Positions 48,600 to 59,460 of a DNA stretch of 64,000 nt are shown here, piece after piece; position 1 is the first letter of the stretch, and each line of letters begins with the position of its first letter. The DNA is taken from NCBI GenBank assembly GCA_013360215.1, contig JABWCP010000006.1, positions 40,470 to 104,469 on the forward strand. Direction: 5' to 3'. Below the pieces are notes generated by a model, which was given only the letters and a program-made list of their open reading frames with translations, ran no database searches and was not told the origin of the DNA. Origin of the DNA: a bacterium. Its GTDB lineage: Bacteria; CLD3; SB21. A program made the translations under genes and the position numbers.

Positions 48600-48681
48600 T
48601 TGAGCTTCTCTTAAGGTTTGGGTACATTTTAGTCGCACTTAACATATCACGAGATTATACATAATAACAGGAGATGAATCT

Positions 48682-49539
48682 GTGGAAATCAAACGTATCG
48701 CCGTGATCGGCGCCGGTACTATGGGAAACGGAATTGCTCACGTTTTTGCGCAAACCGGATACGATGTCAATTTGATTGATATCAAACAGGAATTTGTCGA
48801 ACGCGGTAAAGCGAATATCGAAAAAAATATGGGCCGTCAGGTTACCAAAGGTACTTTGACGGAAGAACAAAAAAACGCTGCACTGGCGCGGATCACGCTT
48901 TGCACCAAAATCGAAGATGCGGCTAACTGTGATTTTGTCGTCGAAGCGGCATCCGAAAACCCGGAAATAAAAGCGGGCATTTTTAAAACTCTGGATAACG
49001 TATGTAAACCTGACGTGATTTTATCCACCAATACATCTTCGATTTCGATCACACAGATCGCTGCAGTGACCAAACGTGCCGATAAAGTGATCGGGATGCA
49101 TTTTATGAATCCCGTGCCCGTCATGAAACTGATCGAATTGATCCGTGGATTAGCAACAAGCCAGGCTACGTATGACACGGTCAAAACTATGTCCGAAAAA
49201 CTTGGCAAAGTGCCTGTCGAGGTCAATGATTATCCGGGTTTTATTTCCAATCGCGTGTTGATGCCTATGATCAATGAAGCGATATTCTGTCTCATGGAAG
49301 GTGTGGCGTCTGTCGAAGCCATTGATACCGTAATGAAACTCGGCATGAATCATCCTATGGGGCCGCTGCAACTTGCCGATTTTATCGGTTTGGACGTATG
49401 TCTTTCCATCATGAATGTATTGCATGAAGGTCTTGGCGACGACAAATACCGCCCATGTCCGCTGCTCAAAAAAATGGTAACAGCAGGGTATTATGGCGTA
49501 AAAAGCGGAAAAGGTTTTTACGACTACCCCAAAAAGTAA
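48682..49539 (+). CDS. 3-hydroxybutyryl-CoA / 3-hydroxyacyl-CoA dehydrogenase (GTG start)
   Basis: [24 protein letters not shown] Rossmann motif and 3HCDH C-domain; AGGAG RBS 9 nt upstream of GTG. Confidence 0.85.
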   Translation: MEIKRIAVIGAGTMGNGIAHVFAQTGYDVNLIDIKQEFVERGKANIEKNMGRQVTKGTLTEEQKNAALARITLCTKIEDAANCDFVVEAASENPEIKAGIFKTLDNVCKPDVILSTNTSSISITQIAAVTKRADKVIGMHFMNPVPVMKLIELIRGLATSQATYDTVKTMSEKLGKVPVEVNDYPGFISNRVLMPMINEAIFCLMEGVASVEAIDTVMKLGMNHPMGPLQLADFIGLDVCLSIMNVLHEGLGDDKYRPCPLLKKMVTAGYYGVKSGKGFYDYPKK

Positions 49540-49612
49540 TTGCAAATTTCGGTTGAATGTGTAAAGACGAAAATGTAACTTACGCCGTTGTATAAAATAA
49601 AAAGGACTGTCT

Positions 49613-50053
49613 ATGCGAATTTTAGTAGTGCTTGTTAGCCTGATCGTTGGTGCGTCGCTTGTTGCGCAACAGCGAACCACCATCAAGTTTGGAACCGGGA
49701 AAATTGATATGACCTGCTCCAATAAAGCGGCGGCAGGATTTTTTAAAAATATTGAAATTCGATCAACCGATACGCCGATCCGCATTTATTTCATGAAAAA
49801 CGATAAAACCGTTATGGACGTATCCGGTTCAGCGGTTTATATTTCGTATGAACAAGATACACGGGGAGATGATGTAGCCGCTGTTACTGTGGATCAAAAG
49901 AATTTTTGGGGTGTCAAAGTTATTTATTTTGTAACGGCGACGGTTCCCAATAAATACGTAGATATTAACGGTGAACAAAAGGAAGTGGCGGGACATCTCA
50001 ATTTGGATTATTTAGGATTGCCATTGTGGATTTCGCGAACAAGCAAGTCTTGA
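49613..50053 (+). CDS. Secreted hypothetical protein
   Basis: Signal peptide; 146 aa. Confidence 0.4.
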   Translation: MRILVVLVSLIVGASLVAQQRTTIKFGTGKIDMTCSNKAAAGFFKNIEIRSTDTPIRIYFMKNDKTVMDVSGSAVYISYEQDTRGDDVAAVTVDQKNFWGVKVIYFVTATVPNKYVDINGEQKEVAGHLNLDYLGLPLWISRTSKS

Positions 50054-50071
50054 TGATATGAAATTGCTTAA

Positions 50072-50097
50072 AAAGCCTCCGATAAGGAGGCTTTTTA
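50072..50097 (+). terminator. Rho-independent terminator
   Basis: aaagcctcc-gataa-ggaggcttttt. Confidence 0.55.
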
Positions 50098-50218
50098 GTT
50101 TTATCGGTATCCTACAAAAAAAAACGATACTTGTGTACGCGGGGAATTTAGCGTATGTTTGTGCGTTGTAATCGTCTCAGTACCCCAATAAAACTTTATC
50201 TATATCAGGCGATACGTT

Positions 50219-50947
50219 ATGCGATTTTGTTTTTTAATGTTATGCGCATTGAGTTTTACCGGTTGTGACAAAGAACCTGTTACCGAAGATACGTTAATAA
50301 CACGCGGGCGTGAACTGTTTCGCAGCCTTCAATTTTCGTCGGACGGTAAAACGTCCTGTGTGACGTGTCATCCCGAAGGGCACACGGATAACCGTAACTG
50401 GCATTTTGCAGCGATCCACGACACGACGGCCGGTATTCCCGATTCATTTCGCACCATTACTTTATGGGGCATAGCACAAACCGGATCGCCGTATCTTTGG
50501 AAAAACTCCTTTCGTTCGTTGGAATCCGTTACGCGTTTATATACGGATACTATTATGGGTGGGACGGCCTCGGAGGATGAAGTGGCCGCTTTAGTGGCGT
50601 ATCAAAGATCGCTGGCATTTCCAAAAAATCCGAACTTGGCGGACAACGGTCAACTGACAGAGGCGCAAGCACGCGGAAAGAGCATTTACGAAGACCCTAA
50701 TCGCGGCAACTGTGCGCCATGCCATCCTGCTCCGACCTACGGAAGTCCTATTCCGAAAAATATTTATACCGGCGGCACATTTCGTACTGTCGGATTACGC
50801 GGTCTTTATTCGATAGCACCTTATTTTCATAATGGTTCGGCCAAAACACTGCACGAGGTGATTGAACATTATGCCGGCAATGGGCTTATTGCACCGTTGA
50901 CCGCGCAGGAACGTGACGATCTCGTAGAATATCTTAAAACTTTATAA
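50219..50947 (+). CDS. Di-heme cytochrome c peroxidase (CCP/MauG) family lipoprotein, short form
   Basis: Lipobox FTGC; two CxxCH (CVTCH, CAPCH). C-terminal FRTVGLRGLYSIAPYFHNGS...LTAQERDDLVEYLKTL matches the CCP family C-terminus. Confidence 0.65.
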   Translation: MRFCFLMLCALSFTGCDKEPVTEDTLITRGRELFRSLQFSSDGKTSCVTCHPEGHTDNRNWHFAAIHDTTAGIPDSFRTITLWGIAQTGSPYLWKNSFRSLESVTRLYTDTIMGGTASEDEVAALVAYQRSLAFPKNPNLADNGQLTEAQARGKSIYEDPNRGNCAPCHPAPTYGSPIPKNIYTGGTFRTVGLRGLYSIAPYFHNGSAKTLHEVIEHYAGNGLIAPLTAQERDDLVEYLKTL

Positions 50948-50968
50948 TATCTAACGATCAGTACAGCT

Positions 50969-51775
50969 ATGAAACATGACAAAATGAGATTTGTACTTAT
51001 TCTGAGTTTGATTTTTTCGGTTATGCAATCTTGTGAGAAAGAAAAAATCAGTGAAGACGCGCAAATCGCTTATGGAAGAAAACTTTTTAACGATACTAAG
51101 TTTTCCGGCAGCGGACAGTTAAGCTGCGGTACTTGTCACCCTCAAGGAGATATGGATAACAAGCAGTGGCATTTGGACTTGATTCATGATTCACTTGGCG
51201 GTGTGGCGGTATCCTATTCCACTCCGACCTTATTTGGCGTAGCGGAGACGGCGCCCTATCTATGGAAAGGTCAAGGTGGCAGCGATCTGGATACGTTGAC
51301 CAAAACGGTTATCACGGGTATTATGGGCGGTACGGCCACCGATGAAGAAATAAAAGCCATCGGCGCATATATGCGATTTTTGGATGTTCCTGCCAATCCT
51401 TTTCGAAATGATGATGGTTCTTTAACTGCCGAGCAAGCGCGCGGTAAAATTGTTTTTGAAAATCAGGGTAAGTGTAATATTTGTCATTCCGGAGAGACGC
51501 TCTCCGGTAAGTTTTCGATTCAAATCAAAGCGGCTAGACCGGCATTTGATGTACCGTCTTTGCGATGGGTTTTTGCAACGGCGCCGTACTGGCATGACGG
51601 ATCGGCCGGGTCATTGCGCGCTGTGATCAATCATTACGCAGATACCATCACTACGGCGCAGATGACAACATGGAAGTGGAACGGCACCGGACAAGTGACG
51701 CCAAAACCCATATTCGATATCGAATTGACAGAGCAGGAAAAAAACGATTTGATCGAATATCTAAAAACGTTGTAA
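50969..51775 (+). CDS. Di-heme cytochrome c peroxidase (CCP/MauG) family lipoprotein, tandem paralog
   Basis: Lipobox MQSC; CGTCH and CNICH; APYWHDGSAGSL...LTEQEKNDLIEYLKTL. Confidence 0.65.
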   Translation: MKHDKMRFVLILSLIFSVMQSCEKEKISEDAQIAYGRKLFNDTKFSGSGQLSCGTCHPQGDMDNKQWHLDLIHDSLGGVAVSYSTPTLFGVAETAPYLWKGQGGSDLDTLTKTVITGIMGGTATDEEIKAIGAYMRFLDVPANPFRNDDGSLTAEQARGKIVFENQGKCNICHSGETLSGKFSIQIKAARPAFDVPSLRWVFATAPYWHDGSAGSLRAVINHYADTITTAQMTTWKWNGTGQVTPKPIFDIELTEQEKNDLIEYLKTL

Positions 51776-51793
51776 TCAAATTATTTTGAGGAT

Positions 51794-53008
51794 ATGGCCA
51801 TGAGTAAATTTTGCTGGATTGTGATTGCAGTGTGTTTATTGGCGGCACCGATTCATGCACAGGAAGAAACGGTTGCTCCGAATACGGAAGCCGGAACGGA
51901 AGGAACATCCGTAGGTTTTGGCGGTTTTGTGGATGTCGCGCATGCCGTCGGGCGTAAAGCGGGGAATGCCAATACGCTTGGGGATAATAATTTTAACAAT
52001 ATGCGCACATTGTTGATGTTTAATGCACAACAGGGTTCGAAAATACGCGCCGATGTAGAAGTTCTTTTTGATGATCGTTCTAAGGATCGAATTCGCTTGC
52101 AAGGTGCATTTGTGACAATTTTTGATGTACCCAATGAAGCCGTCAATTTTATGATCGGAAAAATTCCGAATCCGTTCGGTAACTTTGCCAAGCGTGAATT
52201 TTCCGATGTCAATCCTTTGATCGGTCAACCCCTGATGCGGCAATACCGCACGGCATTGGATTGGAATAATCTCTGGAACAATGCGGAACAGGTCGTCCGA
52301 AAGAGTGAACGAAAAAAATATGATGGCAATATACCGATTTCGCGATTTGAAGCGGCAACGCCGACGGTATACGATGCGCGATGGGATTTTGGTGTACAAA
52401 TGTTCGGCTCGATCGGTTGGTTTGAATATCAAGCGGCTGTCACGGAAGGTTCCATATCCAATCCGGAGGCGGATCTGAATAAAGGCAAACAATTTGTCGG
52501 TCGTATCGGTTTCAATCCGGTTCCCGGTATTCGTATCGGTTTTTCCGGAGCATACAATCCGTATTTGTCGAAAGCCGATGACCAGCGATTATTGGAAGAA
52601 GGTAAAGGACTAGGCGAGTACCATCAGACGGCGTACGGTGCGGATTGGGAACTGAGTTATCGCTATTTTATGATGAGTGGTGAATTTGTACGCAGCACTT
52701 GGGATGCGACGGTGATCGAAGGCGAACTGTCTAACTGGAGCGTTTATTCTGATATCAAGTACAAACTGCATCCACGATGGTATATCGCAGGTCGGTACGA
52801 TATTATGCGTTTTTCCGAAATCCGTGAATCTAAATTAAGTTCTAAAAAAACGCCGTGGGATTATAATGTTCAACGCTATGAAGCGGGTATCGGATTTCGT
52901 GTGACGACCGATGTGACATTGAAGCTTGTCGAACAGTGGACGCGATTTGATCAATCGGAAATCCCGATGAGCCGTTTGACGGCTGTTCAATTATCCGTAC
53001 CATTTTAA
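51794..53008 (+). CDS. Putative outer-membrane (porin-like) protein
   Basis: Signal peptide ending AQEE; alternating aromatic/glycine pattern. Ends in a hydrophobic/aromatic strand (QLSVPF). Confidence 0.4.
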   Translation: MAMSKFCWIVIAVCLLAAPIHAQEETVAPNTEAGTEGTSVGFGGFVDVAHAVGRKAGNANTLGDNNFNNMRTLLMFNAQQGSKIRADVEVLFDDRSKDRIRLQGAFVTIFDVPNEAVNFMIGKIPNPFGNFAKREFSDVNPLIGQPLMRQYRTALDWNNLWNNAEQVVRKSERKKYDGNIPISRFEAATPTVYDARWDFGVQMFGSIGWFEYQAAVTEGSISNPEADLNKGKQFVGRIGFNPVPGIRIGFSGAYNPYLSKADDQRLLEEGKGLGEYHQTAYGADWELSYRYFMMSGEFVRSTWDATVIEGELSNWSVYSDIKYKLHPRWYIAGRYDIMRFSEIRESKLSSKKTPWDYNVQRYEAGIGFRVTTDVTLKLVEQWTRFDQSEIPMSRLTAVQLSVPF

Positions 53009-53028
53009 AAGCATTTAAGAGGATTCAT

Positions 53029-53751
53029 ATGAAACTAATTTTTTCAGCGATAGCAGGGATAACCTTTTGGATATTATCGGTGACAGGTACGTCCACGCGT
53101 TTATTTGAAGCGATGGGTCAAAACGCCCGCTTAAATCATGACGTAATACTGATGCGCCCGGCGGGCGATGGTAAAATAACAGGAACGGTCAGTTTTCCTC
53201 GATCAGCTAATGCTACCGGGCGTGCCGTAAAAGGATCATACGGAAAAAACACATCACGTTTAAAATCCGGTTCCGCCGGCGAAAAAAGAGCGGTGGTATA
53301 TATTGCCTCGGCCAAGGGTAATTTCCCCGCGCCGCAAAGCCGGCCTGCTATGCGTCAAAAAAATATAGCCATTACGCCGCGCATTTTACCGGTGCTGGCG
53401 GGAACGACAGTGGACTTCCCCAATGAAGATGATTTGTTTCACAATATTTTTTCACTTTCGCCTTCTGTCAAATTTGATCTTGGGCGTTATGCCAAAGGTG
53501 TTTCCAAGTCTGTCAAATTTACTACGCCGGGTGTTGTCAAAGTGTTTTGTGACATTCATTCGACTATGGGCGGGGTCGTTCTGGTTTTACAAAACCCGTA
53601 TTATACCGTGACGGAAGCCGATGGAAGTTATGCATTATCCGGTGTACCGGCGGGGACGTATGATCTGGTGGCATGGCATGAAGGGGGTACACAAACTCAA
53701 AAAATTACCATCTCAGCTTCCGGAGTGATCACACAAAATTTTGCCTTTTGA
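53029..53751 (+). CDS. Cupredoxin-like (type-1 copper?) protein with C-terminal carboxypeptidase-regulatory-like beta-sandwich
   Basis: Candidate T1Cu ligands H...CDIHSTM (His, Cys-x2-His-x2-Met). C-terminal YTVTEADGSYALSGVPAGTYDLVAWHEGG. Tentative. Confidence 0.4.
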   Translation: MKLIFSAIAGITFWILSVTGTSTRLFEAMGQNARLNHDVILMRPAGDGKITGTVSFPRSANATGRAVKGSYGKNTSRLKSGSAGEKRAVVYIASAKGNFPAPQSRPAMRQKNIAITPRILPVLAGTTVDFPNEDDLFHNIFSLSPSVKFDLGRYAKGVSKSVKFTTPGVVKVFCDIHSTMGGVVLVLQNPYYTVTEADGSYALSGVPAGTYDLVAWHEGGTQTQKITISASGVITQNFAF

Positions 53752-53777
53752 AAAGTAATACCATTGTTATGTGAAAA

Positions 53778-53806
53778 AAAACCTGCTTTCGGCAGGTTTT
53801 TTTATT
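53778..53806 (+). terminator. Rho-independent terminator
   Basis: aaacctgc-tttc-ggcaggttt followed by a T run. Confidence 0.6.
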
Positions 53807-53956
53807 TATACCCAAACCTGATAGGCCATATAAGCATTTAATTTTTACTTTAACAGATATTGTTTTCAGTTCAATAAACTCCGTGATGATCCGTCGAACC
53901 GATATGGGTTTATCGCTTGCAAGAAATCGGGTGAGTGTGTACATTAGGCCGCTTTT

Positions 53957-54301
53957 TCAGAAAAGTTCCGTGCGGTTTTGCAGGCACGACACATAGCGAT
54001 TAAACCCTGTAATTTCAAGATAGCGGATTTCTGAATCAGGAAATTGAATGAAGATTAACCGTCCGTCATTCGTCCGTGCCATTTGATAAGCTTTGATCAA
54101 CGTATTGATTCCGACTGAACCGATGTGTTTCATTTTAAATTCAAGGATCAAATCCGTTTGGCCGGTTTCTTTGCGGATCAGATCGTAGGCATTTTGGAGA
54201 GCGATCAAATCATTGTCTGAATCATACGGATCGAATCGCCCTTCGAGGACGAGAAGTACATGGGTTTTAAAAATTTCATGTGTTGCGCGCAGGGATGGCA
54301 T
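53957..54301 (-). CDS. STAS-domain protein (anti-sigma-factor antagonist-like)
   Basis: SpoIIAA-like pattern: LVLEGRFD... then LILEFKMKHIGSVGINTLIKAYQ. Confidence 0.5.
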   Translation of the reverse strand: MPSLRATHEIFKTHVLLVLEGRFDPYDSDNDLIALQNAYDLIRKETGQTDLILEFKMKHIGSVGINTLIKAYQMARTNDGRLIFIQFPDSEIRYLEITGFNRYVSCLQNRTELF

Positions 54302-54378
54302 ATTGGGTTTAGTTATAATTTCAACAGAGATACTACATACAAACTTATTTTCAAACAATATAAAAGGATTAAGCCGAT

Positions 54379-54912
54379 ATGAAGTCAAATAGGTATTGGT
54401 TCGTTGCGTTGGTTTTGATTGGTTTTATCTCATCATGCCAATCGTCGAAAACGGAGACGGCGGCTGATTTATTTAAACAGGCGGACAGCCTTTTTACAAA
54501 AAACAAAACGGATGAGGCGTTTACGTTATTGGCCGGTATGGAAACACGTTTTAAATCCGATACGACCGTGATGTGTGAAGTGTGGCGTGTAACGGCCGAA
54601 GCGTATGCGCAATATAAAAATGAATTTACAAAGACTATAGAATATTATGATCGTATTGTAAATACCTATCCCAATACGCCTCAAGCCGTGGCCAGTTTAT
54701 TCAAAAAAGCATACACCTACGAAAACGGGCTGAACGACAATGATCGTGCAAAAGCGGCGTATGAAGAATTTATAAAAAAATATCCCAATCATGAATTAGC
54801 CGATGATGCGCAAACGATGATAGATTTTCTCGGTAAACCGGCGGATGATTTGATCGAAATGCTGGAGAAAAAGGCTAAACAAAATGAAAAAAAATCAACA
54901 CCTGCTAAATAA
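54379..54912 (+). CDS. TPR-like lipoprotein
   Basis: Lipobox ISSC; TPR-like helical repeats (YYDRIVNTYPNTPQA..., AYEEFIKKYPNHELADDA). Confidence 0.45.
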   Translation: MKSNRYWFVALVLIGFISSCQSSKTETAADLFKQADSLFTKNKTDEAFTLLAGMETRFKSDTTVMCEVWRVTAEAYAQYKNEFTKTIEYYDRIVNTYPNTPQAVASLFKKAYTYENGLNDNDRAKAAYEEFIKKYPNHELADDAQTMIDFLGKPADDLIEMLEKKAKQNEKKSTPAK

Positions 54913-54926
54913 CTTAATCGGAGTTT

Positions 54927-56357
54927 ATGATAAATTTATTTGAAACCCGCGCTAAAATTATTTGTACGATTGGTCCGTCATCGAGCGATTACGAAACTTT
55001 GGTACGGATGATTGATGCCGGGATGGATATTGCGCGTCTTAATTTTTCGCACGGCTCGCATGACGCGCATCGTCAGGTAATGGACAATATTCGTAAAGCG
55101 GCTGCGCAGGTTGGTAAGCAGGTAGCGCTTCTTCAGGATTTGCAAGGCCCTAAAATACGTGTGGGAGTTTTTAAAAACGGCCCTATTGATTTGCGTATCG
55201 GTGAAAAATTTACAATTACATCCAGGGATGTAGATGGTGATCAGCATATCGTTTCCACCACGTACAAAGAACTGCCCGGGGACGTAAAAGTCGGTGATGA
55301 TTTACTTTTAGATGACGGACTACTTAGGCTGCGTGTCGTCTCTAAGACCGGTACCGATGTGGTGTGTGAAGTCATCATCGGCGGTGTGCTGAAAAATAAC
55401 AAAGGGATCAATTTGCCCGGTGTGCATGTCAGCGCCCCTTCGTTGACGGAAAAAGATGCGGAGGATCTGCTTTTCGGCTTGGCTAATGACGTAGACTATG
55501 TCGCGCTTTCGTTTGTTCGCAAACCGGAAGATATACTTCATGTGAAAGAAGTGATACGTGCGCACGGCAAGAATACACCCGTCGTAGCGAAAATCGAAAA
55601 ACCGGAAGCTATTGATTGTATAGAACGTATTATAGCGATAACGGACGGATTGATGGTTGCGCGCGGTGATCTTGGTGTTGAGATGAAAACCGAAGAAGTT
55701 CCGCCCATTCAGAAGCGATTGATTCATCTTTGCAACCGTGCCGGAGTGCCGGTGATCACGGCAACACAAATGCTTGATTCGATGGTTAACAATCCGCGTC
55801 CGACGCGTGCGGAGGCTTCGGACGTTGCCAATGCCATATTGGACGGTTCGGACGCCGTGATGTTATCGGCGGAAACAGCATCGGGTAAATATCCGGTGGA
55901 AACCATCGCCACCATGAAACAAATCATTAAACTGATCGAAAAAGAAATTCCCCACGATCAGAGCAAACGTCGCAAGACAGGCGTAGAATTGCAAATGATG
56001 CAGGAGGGGATAGCCATCGCCGCTTGCGGGCTTGCCGATATGCTAGAAGCCGATGCCATCGTTAATATTACGATGACGGGCGCTATGTCTAAGCTCGTGG
56101 CTAAACACCGTCCCGGTACACCCATCATTGCAATTACACATTCGGAGCAGGTATGCCGTCAACTTAATCTTGTGTGGGGCGTACGCGGCATCAATGTTGC
56201 TGATCTGAAAGAGGATATTGATGAAAGTATTGAAAAAGTTAAAAAAGATCTTGTAAAGCGTAAGATCCTATCTGCAGGCCAGCGTATCCTGATAACCGCA
56301 GGTTTGCCTTTTGGCGGACGCGGGGCGACCAATACGGTTCGGGTTGAAACGGTTTAG
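54927..56357 (+). CDS. pyk: Pyruvate kinase
   Basis: KIICTIGPSS...MDIARLNFSHGSH, MVARGDLGVE, and a C-terminal allosteric domain. Confidence 0.9.
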   Translation: MINLFETRAKIICTIGPSSSDYETLVRMIDAGMDIARLNFSHGSHDAHRQVMDNIRKAAAQVGKQVALLQDLQGPKIRVGVFKNGPIDLRIGEKFTITSRDVDGDQHIVSTTYKELPGDVKVGDDLLLDDGLLRLRVVSKTGTDVVCEVIIGGVLKNNKGINLPGVHVSAPSLTEKDAEDLLFGLANDVDYVALSFVRKPEDILHVKEVIRAHGKNTPVVAKIEKPEAIDCIERIIAITDGLMVARGDLGVEMKTEEVPPIQKRLIHLCNRAGVPVITATQMLDSMVNNPRPTRAEASDVANAILDGSDAVMLSAETASGKYPVETIATMKQIIKLIEKEIPHDQSKRRKTGVELQMMQEGIAIAACGLADMLEADAIVNITMTGAMSKLVAKHRPGTPIIAITHSEQVCRQLNLVWGVRGINVADLKEDIDESIEKVKKDLVKRKILSAGQRILITAGLPFGGRGATNTVRVETV

Positions 56358-56371
56358 TCTGTAAAATCGCA

Positions 56372-58081
56372 TCAACGCACGACAGCGATTTTACCGGTTT
56401 TGGAATAATCGCCAATATTCAAACGATAGATATAAATGCCGGAGGGTAAAAACTTTCCGGCATTATCTTTTATATCCCAATTTAAAAGATGATTATTAGG
56501 ATCAAATTTGCCGTAGTTATGATGTACCATTCGCTTTCCTGAAATAGTATAAACCTCGAAAACAACGGATGCCGTTTTTCGAAGATCAAACTTGATATTG
56601 ACCACGTCATGTAGATCCGTTCGAATCGGATTAGGATAGATTTGCAGATTAGTAGCCGTTGCATGTGAAGAAGAGCCGTCTGTTAAACCGGTACTGATCG
56701 TATAGGTCGTATTGGTCTTATTTGTAGTCGTGTTGCTGACGATAACGATCAAAGAATCGCCCGCTTTCATATGCGATACAACAAAACTGTCAACATGGCT
56801 TCGACGGGTTATAAAAGGATCGCCGGATTCCAAACGTTCAATGGTAATGATATTAAAATCGGAAGGGCTACCTGATTCGAAACGAATTTTAATATCACTG
56901 GAGTCAAAGGTTTTAAAGTTATAATACCGTGCCGCCAAACCGGGTATGCCATCGGTATAAGTTAAATTACCGATTAAAGTGTTTTTATAAAAACTTACCG
57001 CAGGAAACGAGCGACTTTCCTGAAAATATGTAATACTGTCATAACGATCTTTTGTAAAATAGTTCCAGATTGAAAATTCGGTAAATGAATTTCTAAGGTC
57101 AGTACTTGTTTCGGCTTCGAGAGCATTATTTATAGCGATCAACGCCCGTTCGTCGGGCATGCGTTCCCATATATTTCGAACTATAGAAGCGCCGCGGGTC
57201 TTTTCCATCATATGCAACCAATGTGTAACATGGTAACCAAAAAACGTCGTCTCGCTGAATAAAGACACGTGGGGGTTGCTGTAAAATCTTGGTAGATAAG
57301 CGTAATAGTCGTTGACCTCGTCATATACTACATCTTCCAGCCAAGTTGAAGTCATTTCATAAAACCAACCGTCCGTATAACCGGTATCGTATTTATAGGC
57401 CAATTGAATGGCGTGGTGAAATTCGTGCGCCGCCGTTACCCGCATGGCGTCATAACCGTGCGTTTTGAATCCACCGCCTACAAAATCATTTTCAATTTCA
57501 ATGAATGATTCCCATGTATCGCTTCCGGATGGATATTGCTGCACCGGTGCCGTCTGACCGTAAGCGCTGATGTTGATAATGTATACCTCATAGTATCCGT
57601 CACGCTTCATATTGACGGGTTCACGATATCCCATGGTATCGATTTCTTTACGGTATGATTTTTCAAAAGCCTTTCCGTTTTCTTCGACCCAGTCGGGAAT
57701 GGTATTGGCGTCGGCATCAATAGTTGATACTTTATCTGTGCCGACCGTATCGTAGTATATTTTAAATGTACGATTTTTTCCTGAACCGGTTACAAACGCG
57801 TGATTGTAAACAAATGCGGCAGATTTTTTCTGCACAGCAAACGATTTATTTAATTTTTGAGAAAGAGCTTGTAAAGTTTGAATTGCCGGAAAACCGCATT
57901 TGTCAGCCTCATGGATCGGTGTAGAATCCGAAGTCGTAAGCAAATCATGCAGTGTATCGTAGGCTTGTTGATCGCTGATAATGCCATCGGCGTGGTCTTT
58001 ACACGTTTGCGAAAGTCGTCCTTGGGCAAAGGCATAACCGGTTGTAGTAAGGACTATAAATACAAATAGACGGTTTATCAT
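56372..58081 (-). CDS. Secreted putative zinc metalloprotease (HEFHH) with T9SS C-terminal sorting domain
   Basis: Signal peptide; TAAHEFHHAIQ HExxH motif. C-terminal LQIYPNPIRTDL...GIYIYRL...GKIAVVR is a Por/T9SS CTD. Confidence 0.6.
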   Translation of the reverse strand: MINRLFVFIVLTTTGYAFAQGRLSQTCKDHADGIISDQQAYDTLHDLLTTSDSTPIHEADKCGFPAIQTLQALSQKLNKSFAVQKKSAAFVYNHAFVTGSGKNRTFKIYYDTVGTDKVSTIDADANTIPDWVEENGKAFEKSYRKEIDTMGYREPVNMKRDGYYEVYIINISAYGQTAPVQQYPSGSDTWESFIEIENDFVGGGFKTHGYDAMRVTAAHEFHHAIQLAYKYDTGYTDGWFYEMTSTWLEDVVYDEVNDYYAYLPRFYSNPHVSLFSETTFFGYHVTHWLHMMEKTRGASIVRNIWERMPDERALIAINNALEAETSTDLRNSFTEFSIWNYFTKDRYDSITYFQESRSFPAVSFYKNTLIGNLTYTDGIPGLAARYYNFKTFDSSDIKIRFESGSPSDFNIITIERLESGDPFITRRSHVDSFVVSHMKAGDSLIVIVSNTTTNKTNTTYTISTGLTDGSSSHATATNLQIYPNPIRTDLHDVVNIKFDLRKTASVVFEVYTISGKRMVHHNYGKFDPNNHLLNWDIKDNAGKFLPSGIYIYRLNIGDYSKTGKIAVVR

Positions 58082-59460
58082 TCGTAACGATCCCTGCTTT
58101 TTTTTCTAAAAGTTAGTGACAAAGGGACGCCTTCAAAACCAAACTCATCCCGCATTTGATTTTCGATGTACTGGCGATAGTTAGCCGGAATGAGGGTTGG
58201 TTCATTGGAGAAAATCGCGAATACAGGTGGCCGTGATTTGACTTGCGTTGCGTAGTTCAGTTTGATTTCTTTACCGCGTACGGCGGGCGGGTGATTGCGT
58301 GCAATGATGCGTTCGAGAAAGCGGTTGAGTTGCGCGGTTGCAATAGTCCGGTTACGTTCGTCATGCACTTTTTTAGCTGTTTCGAGTACTTTGGCAACGC
58401 GTTGTTTGGTGAGCGCCGACGTAAAAACATACGGAATATATTTGGTTGCGCCGAGTGCTTTGTCCAAATGCTTTTCGTAATCAAGCGCCGTTTTGTCTGT
58501 TTTTTTAACAAGATCCCATTTATTTACAACTAAAATTAATCCTTTTTTCAGTTGCCGGGCTTCTTCGAGTACGCGAATGTCCTGAGCCGCGAGCCCCTCA
58601 ATCGCATCAATCAAGAGAATCGCTACATCGCACTCTTGTATTGTCTTGAGTGTACGAAGAGTGCTGTAAAATTCGAGATTTTCTTTAACTTTGGCCTTGC
58701 GTCGCAGACCGGCCGTATCAATCAATTTGAATGCGGTATCATTGTAAATAAAATCAGTATCAATCGCGTCGCGCGTTGTTCCCGGTATATCCGAAACGAT
58801 ATGTTTATTTTTACCGATGATGGCGTTGACCAAAGAAGATTTTCCGACATTGGGGCGTCCGATAATAGCCAAACGAATGGCGCTAGTATCGGTCGTTATT
58901 TCGTCCGGACTGGCCGCAAATCGGTCACCAAGCGCCGTCATGATACGATCGAGCATGTCGCCGATATGGCGACTGTTAAGCGCCGATATCATCAGCGGTT
59001 GACCCATGGCCAGTTTATAAATTTCCTGATCCGCCAGTGTATTTTGATAGACCTTTTCGTTGTCCACTTTATTGACTATCAATAACGATGTTTTTTTAGA
59101 ACGTTTTAAAACATCGGCAATTTTCATTTCTGTCGTGGAAAGTTGGCTTACGGCATCAATCAGTAAAATAACGAGATCGGATTCGTCAATAGCCAGCTGC
59201 GCTTGCTCACGGATAGCGGTATTGATGAGATCATGCGAATCCGGAATAAACCCGCCCGTATCGATGAGAATAAAATTTTTTCCACGCCATTCGGCGATTT
59301 CATAGTGACGGTCCCGTGTTACCCCGGGTGTGCCGTCTACGATGGCATCCTGACGTCCGATGATGCGGTTGAATAGCGTTGATTTTCCTACATTGGGCCG
59401 TCCGACTATCGTGACGACGGGAAGGCGGTTGATTTTTTTTGAGGCCACTTTAAAAGTCAA
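58078..59460 (-). CDS. der: Ribosome-associated GTPase Der (EngA), two GTPase domains + KH-like
   Basis: Two G1 motifs (GRPNVGKSTLFN, GRPNVGKSSLVN); DTAG; NKVD/NKWD. Confidence 0.9.
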   Translation of the reverse strand: MTFKVASKKINRLPVVTIVGRPNVGKSTLFNRIIGRQDAIVDGTPGVTRDRHYEIAEWRGKNFILIDTGGFIPDSHDLINTAIREQAQLAIDESDLVILLIDAVSQLSTTEMKIADVLKRSKKTSLLIVNKVDNEKVYQNTLADQEIYKLAMGQPLMISALNSRHIGDMLDRIMTALGDRFAASPDEITTDTSAIRLAIIGRPNVGKSSLVNAIIGKNKHIVSDIPGTTRDAIDTDFIYNDTAFKLIDTAGLRRKAKVKENLEFYSTLRTLKTIQECDVAILLIDAIEGLAAQDIRVLEEARQLKKGLILVVNKWDLVKKTDKTALDYEKHLDKALGATKYIPYVFTSALTKQRVAKVLETAKKVHDERNRTIATAQLNRFLERIIARNHPPAVRGKEIKLNYATQVKSRPPVFAIFSNEPTLIPANYRQYIENQMRDEFGFEGVPLSLTFRKKSRDRYE

